Source: Acidobacteriota bacterium | GTDB lineage: Bacteria; Acidobacteriota; UBA6911; RPQK01; JAJDTT01 | Assembly: GCA_965209055.1 (NCBI GenBank) | Contig: OZ242374.1 | Span: 3,520,001 to 3,584,000, forward strand | Length of the DNA: 64,000 nucleotides | Reading direction: 5' to 3' | Shown: positions 55,364-64,000 of the stretch, in pieces | How positions within the stretch are numbered: the stretch's first letter is position 1 | How the letters are laid out: the number at the start of each line of letters is the position of its first letter | The notes under the pieces: generated by a model | Told to the model about the DNA's origin: nothing | What the model saw: only the letters and a program-made list of their open reading frames with translations | Databases searched by the model: none | Translations under genes and position numbers: made by a program

Positions 55364-57856
55364 ATGTTCACGGTACGCGTATCGATGCGGTTGTTCCCCA
55401 TATGTGCCATGTTCGCCGGTCTGCTCTGGGCCTTGATTCCGTCCTCCGCGCTCGGAGCTGGAGCAACTGGGACGACTATTGAGGAGTTCCAGGAAATTCG
55501 GGTCGAGCCTTCTCCTCTGGTCTTCTCGGGACCGGGCTCCGTCAGAAGGATTCTGGTCACCGGAATCACGGCGACGGGCGAAAGACGTGACTTGACGGCG
55601 ACGGCCGATTACGAAGATCCGGCCGGTCTGGTGGAGGTTCAGGGCGATGGGTACCTCCACCCGAATAAATCCGGAGAAACAACCCTCAGGGTGACGGCTG
55701 AAGCCCTCATTGCGGACGTGGCGGTTCGGATCGAGCCGGCGCGCGAACAACCGACCACCTTCCTGAAGGACGTCTTGCCGGTCATCAACAAGGTGGGCTG
55801 CACCCAGGGAGTCTGCCACGGAGCGGCCAAAGGGAAGAACGGCTTCAAGCTCTCGCTCCGGGGCTACGATCCCCGGTTCGACTACCAGTCGCTGCTCTAT
55901 GACATGTCGGGCCGGCGCTTCAATCGGGCCGATCCGGCTCGAAGCCTGATGTTGGCCAAGCCGACCCAGGAGGTGGCCCATGGCGGCGGCCTCAGGTTGA
56001 AGCGCGATTCGCGCTACTACGACACCCTCCTGCAATGGATCAGCGACGGAGTGCCGTACGGCGAGGACTCGGCGGATCGTGTGCGGCGGTTGGAGGTCCT
56101 GCCGGAGGAGGTCTTCCTGACCGCACCCGGCCAGACGCAGAGCGTGGTCGTGTTGGCCGAATACGAGGACGGCAGCCTCCGGGACGTCACCCGGGAGGCA
56201 CATCTCGGCAGCAGCAATACCGAGGCCATCGCCGTGACGGACAGCGCCGTGGTGGAGGGCCAGCGGGTCGGAGAGGGAGCCCTGCTGGTCCGTTACGAGG
56301 GCAAGTTCGTGACGGTTCCGGTCACGGTGCTGAATCCCAGCTCCGGTTTCGCGTGGCGTCCTCTGCCTCAGTACAACTACATCGACCGATTGGTGGACGG
56401 GAAGTTGGAGCGGATCCGGGTTCAGCCTTCGCTTCCGGCGACGGACAGCGATTTCCTGCGACGGGTCTCTCTGGACCTGACCGGGCGTCTCCCCAGTCCC
56501 GGGGAGGTCCGGGCCTTTCTGGCGGATCCGGCCGACAGGCAGGAGAAACGCCGCGAGGCGATCGATCGGCTCATGGGAAGTGACGCCTATGTCGATCACT
56601 GGACCCTGAAATGGGGCGATCTCCTGCGCAACAACCGGAAGTTCCTGGGCCACAAGGGGATCTGGTCCTTCCGGGAGTGGATCCGGCAGTCGGTGGCCGA
56701 CAACAAACCCTACGACCAACTGGTCCGGGAACTGCTGGCCTCCAAGGGAAGCACGCTGGAGAACCCTGCCGTCAATTACTTCCGTGTGGCCCGGACTCCC
56801 CAGGACGCCATGGAGACCACCACGCAACTGTTCCTGGGCGTCCGCATGGTCTGCGCCCAATGTCACGACCATCCCTTCGAGAGATGGACCCAGGACCAGT
56901 ATTTTCAGATGTCGGCCTTCTTCTCCGCCATCGGGATCCGGCCCGGATTCAAGAGTGGGGAGGAGATCGTCTACGAAAAGCGCCAGGACGCCGATTTGAA
57001 GCACCCCAAGAATGGGCGAGTGGTGGAGCCCGATTATCTCGTTCCCGTCGAGGGAGCTCCCGCGTTGAAGGCCGAGGGCGACCAGCGCCCCGCGCTGGTG
57101 GAGTGGTTGACCTCGAAGGAAAACCCCTTCTTCGCTCGGGCCGTGGCCAATCGCGTCTGGAGCTACTTCTTCGGGCGGGGCATCATCGAACCGGTGGATG
57201 ACATCCGGGCCTCCAATCCGGCGGTCAACGCTCCCCTGTTGGACGCCTTGGCGAAGGATCTGAAGGACCACGATTACGATCTTCAGCATCTCATGCGGAC
57301 CATTGTCGAGTCCCGGACCTACCAGGCGTCGATCCAGACCAACTCCTGGAACGAGAACGACGGGGTCAACTTCTCCCGGCGGATTCCCCGGCGCCTCAGC
57401 GCGGAGCAGTTGGCCGACGCCATCTCAGCGGCGACCGGCTCGCGAGTCGAATTCGAGACGGTTCCGGACGACTCTCGTGCGGCCCAGTTACCCGATCCCC
57501 ACGTGGAGAACGGCGAGTTTTTGGACCTCTTCGGGCGGCCCCAACGGGACGATCCCTGCGAGTGCGAGCGCAAAAGCGACATGAGCCTTTCCCAGGCGTT
57601 GAATCTGGTCAACGGCCCCACCGTGGGACGGGCCGTGGCGGACCCCCAAGGGCGAGTCGCATCCCTGATTCTGGGAGGCGCCTCGGACCGCGAGTTGATC
57701 GAGGACCTATACTTGTCCACGCTGAGCCGTCCGCCCTCGGAATCCGAGTACGCGTCGGCGGCCCTTCTGTTCCGGGAACGGGAGAGCCGGGCCGGGACGG
57801 CCCAGGATCTGCTCTGGGCGCTGCTGAACAGCAACGCATTCCTGTTCAATCGGTGA
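55364..57856 (+). CDS. DUF1549/DUF1553 protein with Ig-like domains
   Basis: GCTQGVCHG, FLRRVSLDLTGRLP, CAQCHDHPFERW, NRVW..FFGRGI, CECER, DLLWALLNS..F.FN. Confidence 0.9.
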   Translation: MFTVRVSMRLFPICAMFAGLLWALIPSSALGAGATGTTIEEFQEIRVEPSPLVFSGPGSVRRILVTGITATGERRDLTATADYEDPAGLVEVQGDGYLHPNKSGETTLRVTAEALIADVAVRIEPAREQPTTFLKDVLPVINKVGCTQGVCHGAAKGKNGFKLSLRGYDPRFDYQSLLYDMSGRRFNRADPARSLMLAKPTQEVAHGGGLRLKRDSRYYDTLLQWISDGVPYGEDSADRVRRLEVLPEEVFLTAPGQTQSVVVLAEYEDGSLRDVTREAHLGSSNTEAIAVTDSAVVEGQRVGEGALLVRYEGKFVTVPVTVLNPSSGFAWRPLPQYNYIDRLVDGKLERIRVQPSLPATDSDFLRRVSLDLTGRLPSPGEVRAFLADPADRQEKRREAIDRLMGSDAYVDHWTLKWGDLLRNNRKFLGHKGIWSFREWIRQSVADNKPYDQLVRELLASKGSTLENPAVNYFRVARTPQDAMETTTQLFLGVRMVCAQCHDHPFERWTQDQYFQMSAFFSAIGIRPGFKSGEEIVYEKRQDADLKHPKNGRVVEPDYLVPVEGAPALKAEGDQRPALVEWLTSKENPFFARAVANRVWSYFFGRGIIEPVDDIRASNPAVNAPLLDALAKDLKDHDYDLQHLMRTIVESRTYQASIQTNSWNENDGVNFSRRIPRRLSAEQLADAISAATGSRVEFETVPDDSRAAQLPDPHVENGEFLDLFGRPQRDDPCECERKSDMSLSQALNLVNGPTVGRAVADPQGRVASLILGGASDRELIEDLYLSTLSRPPSESEYASAALLFRERESRAGTAQDLLWALLNSNAFLFNR

Positions 57857-57964
57857 GTGGAAGTTCACGAGGTTGCAAGACGGAGATCGAGAATAGAGAA
57901 TAAAACGAAACGGTCGGCTCTCCACCGGCCGTCATGCGCAAGCTTTTGAACACGGAGGTATCCA

Positions 57965-59425
57965 ATGCTAGTCGTACCAGGTCATCGCGCTTTTCTATGT
58001 GACGGTCCGACGCGCCGGGAGTTCTTGCGGGTCGGTTCCATCGGCCTCTTCGGCCTCGGCCTTCCCAATTTCTTCTCCTGGCAGGCCGCCCAAGCCGCCT
58101 CTACGGCGTCGGTTGCCGGCGACCTGGTGGGCAGCAAAGGCTTCGGTTCCGCCAAGAGCGTGATCCTCCTCTTTCTCCAAGGGGGACCCAGCCACATCGA
58201 CATCTGGGATCCCAAGCCGGACGCCCCGGCCAACATTCGGGGCGAGTTCAAGCCCATCAAGAGCAAAGTTCCCGGTATCTGGCTCAGCGAGACCATGCCC
58301 AAGCTGGCCCAGCAGGTGGACAAGTGCACCCTGATCCGCTCCATGAGCTACACGCCCAAGGGGCTGTTCAACCACACTGCGGCCATCTACCAGATGCTGA
58401 CGGGATATCCCCCTGACCGGGTGTCACCGTCGGGCCAGTTGGAGCCGCCGTCCCCCGCCGATTTCCCGACTGCGGGGTCTCACATCTCCAAGATGCTCCC
58501 CCTGGATGAACCGGTGCTGCCCTTCGTGGAGATGCCGCGACCGCTGCAGGAATCCAACGTGGTGGGGAAGGGAGGAGCCGCCGGGTTCCTGGGCAAGGCC
58601 TACGATCCCTACCGGCTCTACCAGGATCCCAACAAGGCGATCCGCCTGGATGACCTGTCCCTGCGCCAGGAGGTTCCGCCTCAGCGGTTGAAGGATCGCT
58701 TCACTCTGCTCAAGGGAATCAACAAGTCCATGCCCGACCTGGAGAAGGCCGTCGGCCAGCACGCGCTCGACGAATACTACGAGCGGGCCTATGACCTGGT
58801 CCTCTCGGGCAAGGCCCGGGCCGCCTTCGATCTGGAGCAGGAGCCGGTCGCGGTGCGGGAACGTTACGGGCGGACCACCTTCGGCCAGGGGGCGCTGATG
58901 GCCCGGCGTCTGGTGGAGGCGGGAACCCGCTTCGTTCAGCTCAACTGGCCATCCGTGGCCAACGGGAACCCGGAGACCACGGCCTGGGACACCCACGCCG
59001 CCAACTTCGGTCCCCTGAAGAACCTGCATTGCCCGGTCCTGGATCAGGCGCTCTCGGCGCTCCTGGAGGACATGGACGATCGGGGACTGTTGGACGAGAC
59101 GTTGGTCGTGACGGTAGGAGAGTTCGGTCGGTCGCCGCGCCTGGGCGTGAGCACGTCGGGGAACACCAACGCTCCTGATGGCCGGGACCACTGGCCCTAC
59201 TGCTACACGGCGCTGGTGGCGGGTGCGGGCGTCGCTCGCGGGACGCTCTACGGAGAGTCGGACGAGACCGGATCCTCGCCCAAGGAAAAGCCGGTCCATC
59301 CCAACGACCTGCTGGCATCCGTCTACTTCAGCCTGGGCATCGACCCGCACATGGAGGTCCTCAACCACCTGGATCAGCCTCGTGAGCTGGTCAAGGGGAA
59401 CCCCCTGCTGGATCTTTGGGGATAG
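57965..59425 (+). CDS. DUF1501 domain protein (Tat-exported)
   Basis: TRREFL; [33 protein letters not shown]. Confidence 0.92.
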   Translation: MLVVPGHRAFLCDGPTRREFLRVGSIGLFGLGLPNFFSWQAAQAASTASVAGDLVGSKGFGSAKSVILLFLQGGPSHIDIWDPKPDAPANIRGEFKPIKSKVPGIWLSETMPKLAQQVDKCTLIRSMSYTPKGLFNHTAAIYQMLTGYPPDRVSPSGQLEPPSPADFPTAGSHISKMLPLDEPVLPFVEMPRPLQESNVVGKGGAAGFLGKAYDPYRLYQDPNKAIRLDDLSLRQEVPPQRLKDRFTLLKGINKSMPDLEKAVGQHALDEYYERAYDLVLSGKARAAFDLEQEPVAVRERYGRTTFGQGALMARRLVEAGTRFVQLNWPSVANGNPETTAWDTHAANFGPLKNLHCPVLDQALSALLEDMDDRGLLDETLVVTVGEFGRSPRLGVSTSGNTNAPDGRDHWPYCYTALVAGAGVARGTLYGESDETGSSPKEKPVHPNDLLASVYFSLGIDPHMEVLNHLDQPRELVKGNPLLDLWG

Positions 59426-59588
59426 TTCGGCCGGACGACAGCAATTCTGACGCCGGACAACCAGCGGCGGCCGGGACCGGCCGCGCAGTCTCCATCCCTG
59501 CCTTTGGAAGGCACGCGCTCCCAGGCACCGGTTCGGAGCCGCGTCCGCCCGTACGTCGCCGAGCAGTGGCTCGCGTGGCGGGCTAACT

Positions 59589-61145
59589 TCAACGGACCCG
59601 GTCCGCCGTGTTCGCGCGCAGACCCTTCCAGGTGCTGTAGCACAGGGCGACGAGCACCAGCGCAAAGGGGACGGCGGCGGCGAGGGTCGCCGCCTGGGCA
59701 GCCACAAGGCCGCCGCCGAGCAGTAGCGCGATGGCGGTCAGCCCCTCGAAGACGCACCAGAACGCGCGCTGGACAACCGGCGCATCCAGTTTGCCGCCGG
59801 CGGTGATGGTGTCGATGACCAGTGATCCCGAGTCGGACGAGGTGACAAAGAACACCACGACCAGCACGAGGCCGATGAACGACGTGACGGTCGCAAGGGG
59901 CAGCGTCTCCAGCAGCGCGAACAGGGCGATCTCCGGCTGCTGTGCCTGCACTGCCGCGATCACGGCGGGATGACCGCGGTCGACGTACTGCGACACCGCG
60001 GTCCCGCCGAAGGCATTCATCCAGATCGTCGCCGTCAGCGTCGGGAGGACCAGCATGCAGGCGACCAGTTCGCGCACGGTCCGGCCCCGCGACACCCGGG
60101 CGATGAACAGGCCGACGAAGGGGGACCACGAGAGCCACCAGGCCCAGTAGAAGGTCGTCCAGCCGTGCATGAAGTCGAGATCCTCGCGGCCCACCCAGTT
60201 GCTGAGTGGTCCGATCGACGCGAGATACTGGCCGAGGCTGGCGACGGCGCCGGTGGCGATGGCACGCGTCGGCCCGACCGTCAGCACGAACGCCAGCAGC
60301 AGCAGGGCGAGCAGCAGGTTGGCCTGGCTCAGCCGCTTGACCCCCTTCTCCATGCCGCTGACAACCGACGCCAGCGCCATGCCGGTGATACCGGCGATCA
60401 GCAGCACCTGGGTGGTGTCGGTCGATGGCGTGCCCCACAAGCGGGCCACCCCCGCCGCCAACTGCTGGGCGCCCAGGCCGAGCGATGTGGCCAGCCCGAA
60501 GAGCGTGGCGAAGACGGCAAGGGTGTCGAGGCCGTGTCCGAACCGCCCCCACACAGCCTCTCCCATGAGCGGATAGAACGCCGACCGCAACGCCAGCGGC
60601 AGGCCGAGGTTGTAAGACGCGAAGGCGATCGCCACCGCCACCACCGCGTACATGGCCCATCCATGGATTCCCCAGTGGTAGATGGCGCTGGCCATGCCGA
60701 GGCGCGCCGCCGCCGCCGTGTCGGCCGCATCGAGACCGAGCGGCGGTTGGAGGAAATGCTCCACCGGTTCCGACACCCCGAAAAACATCAGGCCGATGCC
60801 CGTACCGGCGGCGAACAGCATGGCGAACCAGGACGGCCGGGAGTAGTCCGGCCGGGCATCCGGACCGCCCAGGCGTACACGGCCCGGCGGCGTCACCAGC
60901 AATAGCAGACAGAAGAGCACGAAGAGGTTGCCCGTGCCCATCAACAACCAGTCGAAGGTCGACGTGAGCCACGCGCGCAGCGCCTCGAATGCGAACGCCG
61001 CCTCGGCCTGAAATGCCAGCACCCCGGCAACGAAGGCGATGATGGTGAGGCTGGAGACAATGAATACGGGATTGTGGATGTCCAGACCGAGGAACCGGAC
61101 GTTGTCTTGACCCAGCCGGTAGTCGATCCCGGAGATCTCAGCCAT
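59589..61145 (-). CDS. BCCT family (betaine/carnitine/choline) transporter
   Basis: SWFAMLFAAGTGIGLMFFGVSEP, HWG.HGW, WTTFYWAWWLSWSPFVGLFIARVSRGRT. Confidence 0.93.
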   Translation of the reverse strand: MAEISGIDYRLGQDNVRFLGLDIHNPVFIVSSLTIIAFVAGVLAFQAEAAFAFEALRAWLTSTFDWLLMGTGNLFVLFCLLLLVTPPGRVRLGGPDARPDYSRPSWFAMLFAAGTGIGLMFFGVSEPVEHFLQPPLGLDAADTAAAARLGMASAIYHWGIHGWAMYAVVAVAIAFASYNLGLPLALRSAFYPLMGEAVWGRFGHGLDTLAVFATLFGLATSLGLGAQQLAAGVARLWGTPSTDTTQVLLIAGITGMALASVVSGMEKGVKRLSQANLLLALLLLAFVLTVGPTRAIATGAVASLGQYLASIGPLSNWVGREDLDFMHGWTTFYWAWWLSWSPFVGLFIARVSRGRTVRELVACMLVLPTLTATIWMNAFGGTAVSQYVDRGHPAVIAAVQAQQPEIALFALLETLPLATVTSFIGLVLVVVFFVTSSDSGSLVIDTITAGGKLDAPVVQRAFWCVFEGLTAIALLLGGGLVAAQAATLAAAVPFALVLVALCYSTWKGLRANTADRVR

Positions 61146-61306
61146 ATCCCGCAATTCTCACCAGCGAGCGCGCGCCCAGCGCAGTCTGTCCCGAAGCAAC
61201 CTCGCAACAATTCGCGCAAATGCTCAAAATAGATTCTTTTTCGTCATACACGTAGCGACCTGGTGAGAAATGCGGGATGGGACCGTCAACAACCAGGCAC
61301 AGCGCT

Positions 61307-62674
61307 CTACCCGTCGAATCCGCACCAATCCAGGATGGTCAGCGCGTAGATTGCAAGTCCTTCCACGATCTGATCCAGTTCCAGGGTCTCGTCGTAGCAA
61401 TGCGCCCGCCGGTAGTCGCCCGGCCCCATGAGCAGCGAGGGCACGCCGCATTCCTGATAGAAGCGGGCGTCGCTCACCGGTTGCCAGGTCATGTAACGCG
61501 GCTCCTGCCGCAGCACCGTTTCGTAGGCGCGGCCGGCGGCGGCGACCAGCGGATGGTCCTGCTCGATGCGGAACGGCGGCCAGTCCAGCCGCCACTGGAC
61601 GTTGGGCGGATGCTCCCGGAGCCAGGGGTCCATTCGGCAGACGGCATGAATCCGCTCGTCGACCTCTTTCCGGACCCGTTCGTAGCTGTCCTGCGGGTCC
61701 CGCCAGACGGCCGCCCCCAGTTCGCAGTGGTCCGCCACGAAGAAGGGGATCTCGATCCCCTTGGGATGGCCGTGGATCCAGGCGGTGATGATGGACGGAT
61801 ACCCCATAGGAGTGAGGCCGGCCGGGTCCAGTTTGCTGACGGCCCATTCCTCATCCAGCTCCGCCAGACCGCGGTAGATCTTCAGTGCCTTGCCGATGGC
61901 GTCCATCCCCACCTCGCCCCCTTCGTATCCCATTCGGTAGGTGCGGTAACCCATGGCGGCGTGGACCGGTTTGCCGGCGACCTCGATGTGCAGCCAGGAT
62001 GCGCCGCCGGAAGCCAGGCAGATGCCGTGGCGGTGGGGCGGCGCCGACGACTCGCACACCAGGCAGGCGTCGGTGACGCAACGGGGGTTGCGGGGCAGGA
62101 AGTAACCGGGACCGTGGGTCTTCCCGTCCATGGTCTCCTCGCCCACCGTGGCGTGGAGCTGCAGCTCGCCTCGGAGGCGAAAACCGGCTCGCTGGATCAC
62201 TTCCACGGCCTTGATCATGCAGGCTAGCGGACCCTTGTCATCGGTGGAGCCGCGGCCCCAGAGCTTCCCCTCCTCGAGACGCGCGCTGAACGGGTCTCCC
62301 CAGCGCCACTCCTCGTGGGGACCCGTGGGGACGGTGTCGGTGTGGGCGTTGAGCGCCAGGGACCGGCCCCCGCCGCTGCCCGGGAGAATGCCGATGAGAT
62401 TGGGCCGAAGCGGCTCCTTGGCCTCCATGAAGGTCTCGGCTCCCAACGACGTGAAGACCGGCTCCAGGTGCTCGGCCACCTTCTTCTCGCCGCCCAGGGT
62501 GACGGGAGCGTCGTACAGCTTGGTGTAGCCGCGCTCCTGGTAGATCTTGGCGTACGCGTAGTTGGGGCTCTCGCTGGGAATCCGCACCAGCTCACGGATG
62601 AGCTGAACGGTCTCGTCGTAGAGTCCCTCGGCCGCGGCGGAGATTCGCTCGTGGACCTCCGGATCGATGCTCAT
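61307..62674 (-). CDS. M20 family (ArgE/DapE-like) deacylase
   Basis: LNAHTDTVP, GRGSTDDKG, GEE, SDARF, AHCYDE. Confidence 0.88.
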   Translation of the reverse strand: MSIDPEVHERISAAAEGLYDETVQLIRELVRIPSESPNYAYAKIYQERGYTKLYDAPVTLGGEKKVAEHLEPVFTSLGAETFMEAKEPLRPNLIGILPGSGGGRSLALNAHTDTVPTGPHEEWRWGDPFSARLEEGKLWGRGSTDDKGPLACMIKAVEVIQRAGFRLRGELQLHATVGEETMDGKTHGPGYFLPRNPRCVTDACLVCESSAPPHRHGICLASGGASWLHIEVAGKPVHAAMGYRTYRMGYEGGEVGMDAIGKALKIYRGLAELDEEWAVSKLDPAGLTPMGYPSIITAWIHGHPKGIEIPFFVADHCELGAAVWRDPQDSYERVRKEVDERIHAVCRMDPWLREHPPNVQWRLDWPPFRIEQDHPLVAAAGRAYETVLRQEPRYMTWQPVSDARFYQECGVPSLLMGPGDYRRAHCYDETLELDQIVEGLAIYALTILDWCGFDG

Positions 62675-62695
62675 GGCGCGCTCCTGTCAGGAGGA

Positions 62696-64000
62696 CTATT
62701 GGTGAAATCGCAGGGCTCGCCCCGGCAACGGGCGTTCCGGATCCTCTACCGGCTGGGATTGCCGCAGGACCGGAACGCCGTTGATCACCACGTGATCGAT
62801 CCCAATGGGAAGCTGATGGGGGTTCTTGTACGTGGCTCGATCCCGGACCGTGTCCGGGTCAAAGACCACCAGATCCGCGAAATTTCCCTCCTTCAGGACT
62901 CCCCGGTCCCGCAGCCCGAACCGGCGGGACGGGTAGCCGCTCAGCTTGTGAACCGCATCTTCCAGGGAGAAAAGTTTCCGGTCCCGGACAAGGGGGCCCA
63001 AAAGGCGCGGGGCCGATCCGTAGTGCCGGGGATGGATGAGGCCCCCTTCCTGGTAGATGCCGTCGCTGCCCATCATGTAGTGGCTGTGGGTCAGGAAGGG
63101 CTCCACCATGGAGTCGTCCCCGCGGTGGAATACGAGCAGGATCGACAGGTTCTCCTCGATCAGCAGGTCGGCAACGGCGTCGGCCGGCGGGAGTCCGCGC
63201 CGGGAGATGTATTCGCTCATGGACATGCCCTGTAGGTGGTGGTTGCCCTTGCTGGAGGTCCAGGCGACGATCGCCCGTTCCAAGGCCGGGACGTCCAGGA
63301 TCGAGGCCAACCGGTCCCGGAAACTGCGGGTCCGGAGCTGATCCAGAGCCGCCAGCGGTCCCTGGTCCCATGCCTCGTAGGGCAGTAGGAAATTGAGCAT
63401 GGTGGACCCGGGCAGGTAGGGGTAGACGTCGAAGGAGAAGTCCACCTCCTGGGTGGCAACACGGTCGACGTAGTCGAGGACCTTTTCGGCTGTAGCTTCG
63501 TCGATGGCCTTCAGATGGGAGATGTGGACGGGAACTCCTGCCCTCCTGCCGATCTCCACGGCCTCCTCGAGGGCTGCCAGGATTCCCATCTTGTAGCGCA
63601 TGTGGGTCGCGTACAGACCGGGGGGAGCCATGATCCGGCAGGCTTTGACCAGTTCGTCGGTGGAGGCGTGGCATTGGGAGATGTAGTCCAGTCCCGTGGA
63701 GATCCCAACCGCGCCGGCCTCCATACCCTTTTCGATCTCCGTCAGAATCCGAGCCATCTGGATGTCGTCCGGCGACTGCCGTCCGAACCCGCAGGCCAGC
63801 GCCCGGACGTTGGCGTAGGGAATGTGGGGAATGCTGTTCTGAGCGGTCCGGCCATCCAGCGCCGCCATGTAGTCGGCGAGGCTCTCCCAGCCCTCGTACT
63901 CCTCCAGCCTGAGTCCGTTGAGCGACCGCAGGTAGTAGATCCAGGCGTGGACCGTGTGCCGGTCCACGGGGGCATAGGAGATTCCGTCGGCCATGATCAC
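62696..64000 (-). CDS. N-acyl-D-amino-acid deacylase (D-aminoacylase), 5' end outside the window
   Basis: GISTGLDY, YATHMR, HISHLK, DVYPY, GSDG, HPR.YG, ADLVVFDP. Confidence 0.88.
   Translation of the reverse strand: MIMADGISYAPVDRHTVHAWIYYLRSLNGLRLEEYEGWESLADYMAALDGRTAQNSIPHIPYANVRALACGFGRQSPDDIQMARILTEIEKGMEAGAVGISTGLDYISQCHASTDELVKACRIMAPPGLYATHMRYKMGILAALEEAVEIGRRAGVPVHISHLKAIDEATAEKVLDYVDRVATQEVDFSFDVYPYLPGSTMLNFLLPYEAWDQGPLAALDQLRTRSFRDRLASILDVPALERAIVAWTSSKGNHHLQGMSMSEYISRRGLPPADAVADLLIEENLSILLVFHRGDDSMVEPFLTHSHYMMGSDGIYQEGGLIHPRHYGSAPRLLGPLVRDRKLFSLEDAVHKLSGYPSRRFGLRDRGVLKEGNFADLVVFDPDTVRDRATYKNPHQLPIGIDHVVINGVPVLRQSQPVEDPERPLPGRALRFHQ

Noticed and set aside
1-64000. CRISPR array, tRNA/rRNA, integron, retron or prophage
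   Set aside because: No regularly spaced repeats, cas, reverse transcriptase, integrase or phage structural genes seen by eye.

Overview
GC-rich bacterial chromosome segment. An Oar/CarboxypepD-type TonB receptor, a GWxTD protein, a TPR+ASPIC/UnbV pair and a DUF1501/1549/1553 operon point to Acidobacteriota; the ankyrin lipoprotein and osmolyte-type catabolic genes would fit a marine or host-associated (e.g. sponge) lineage (inference). Left to right: partial PQQ dehydrogenase; two tandem NCS2 permeases, each fused to a degenerate HATPase-like domain; a Fur-box-preceded Fe3+ ABC transporter; an ankyrin lipoprotein; an MFS/racemase-like/M24/phosphotriesterase operon; a complete IS5 splitting a HicB-like gene opposite a broken hicA; a ~28 kb glycan-utilisation-like locus (many orphan beta-propeller hydrolases, TonB receptor with a sigma54/IHF promoter and a long structured leader), most of it bracketed by reciprocal MOSC/dehydratase remnants; GNAT and M16 protease; a small XRE-ImmA/PIN/DUF2188 island; a four-gene Planctomycete-type DUF1501 operon; BCCT, M20 amidohydrolase and a partial D-aminoacylase. 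I saw no rRNA, tRNA or CRISPR array. All family calls come from motif recognition by eye; no searches were run.
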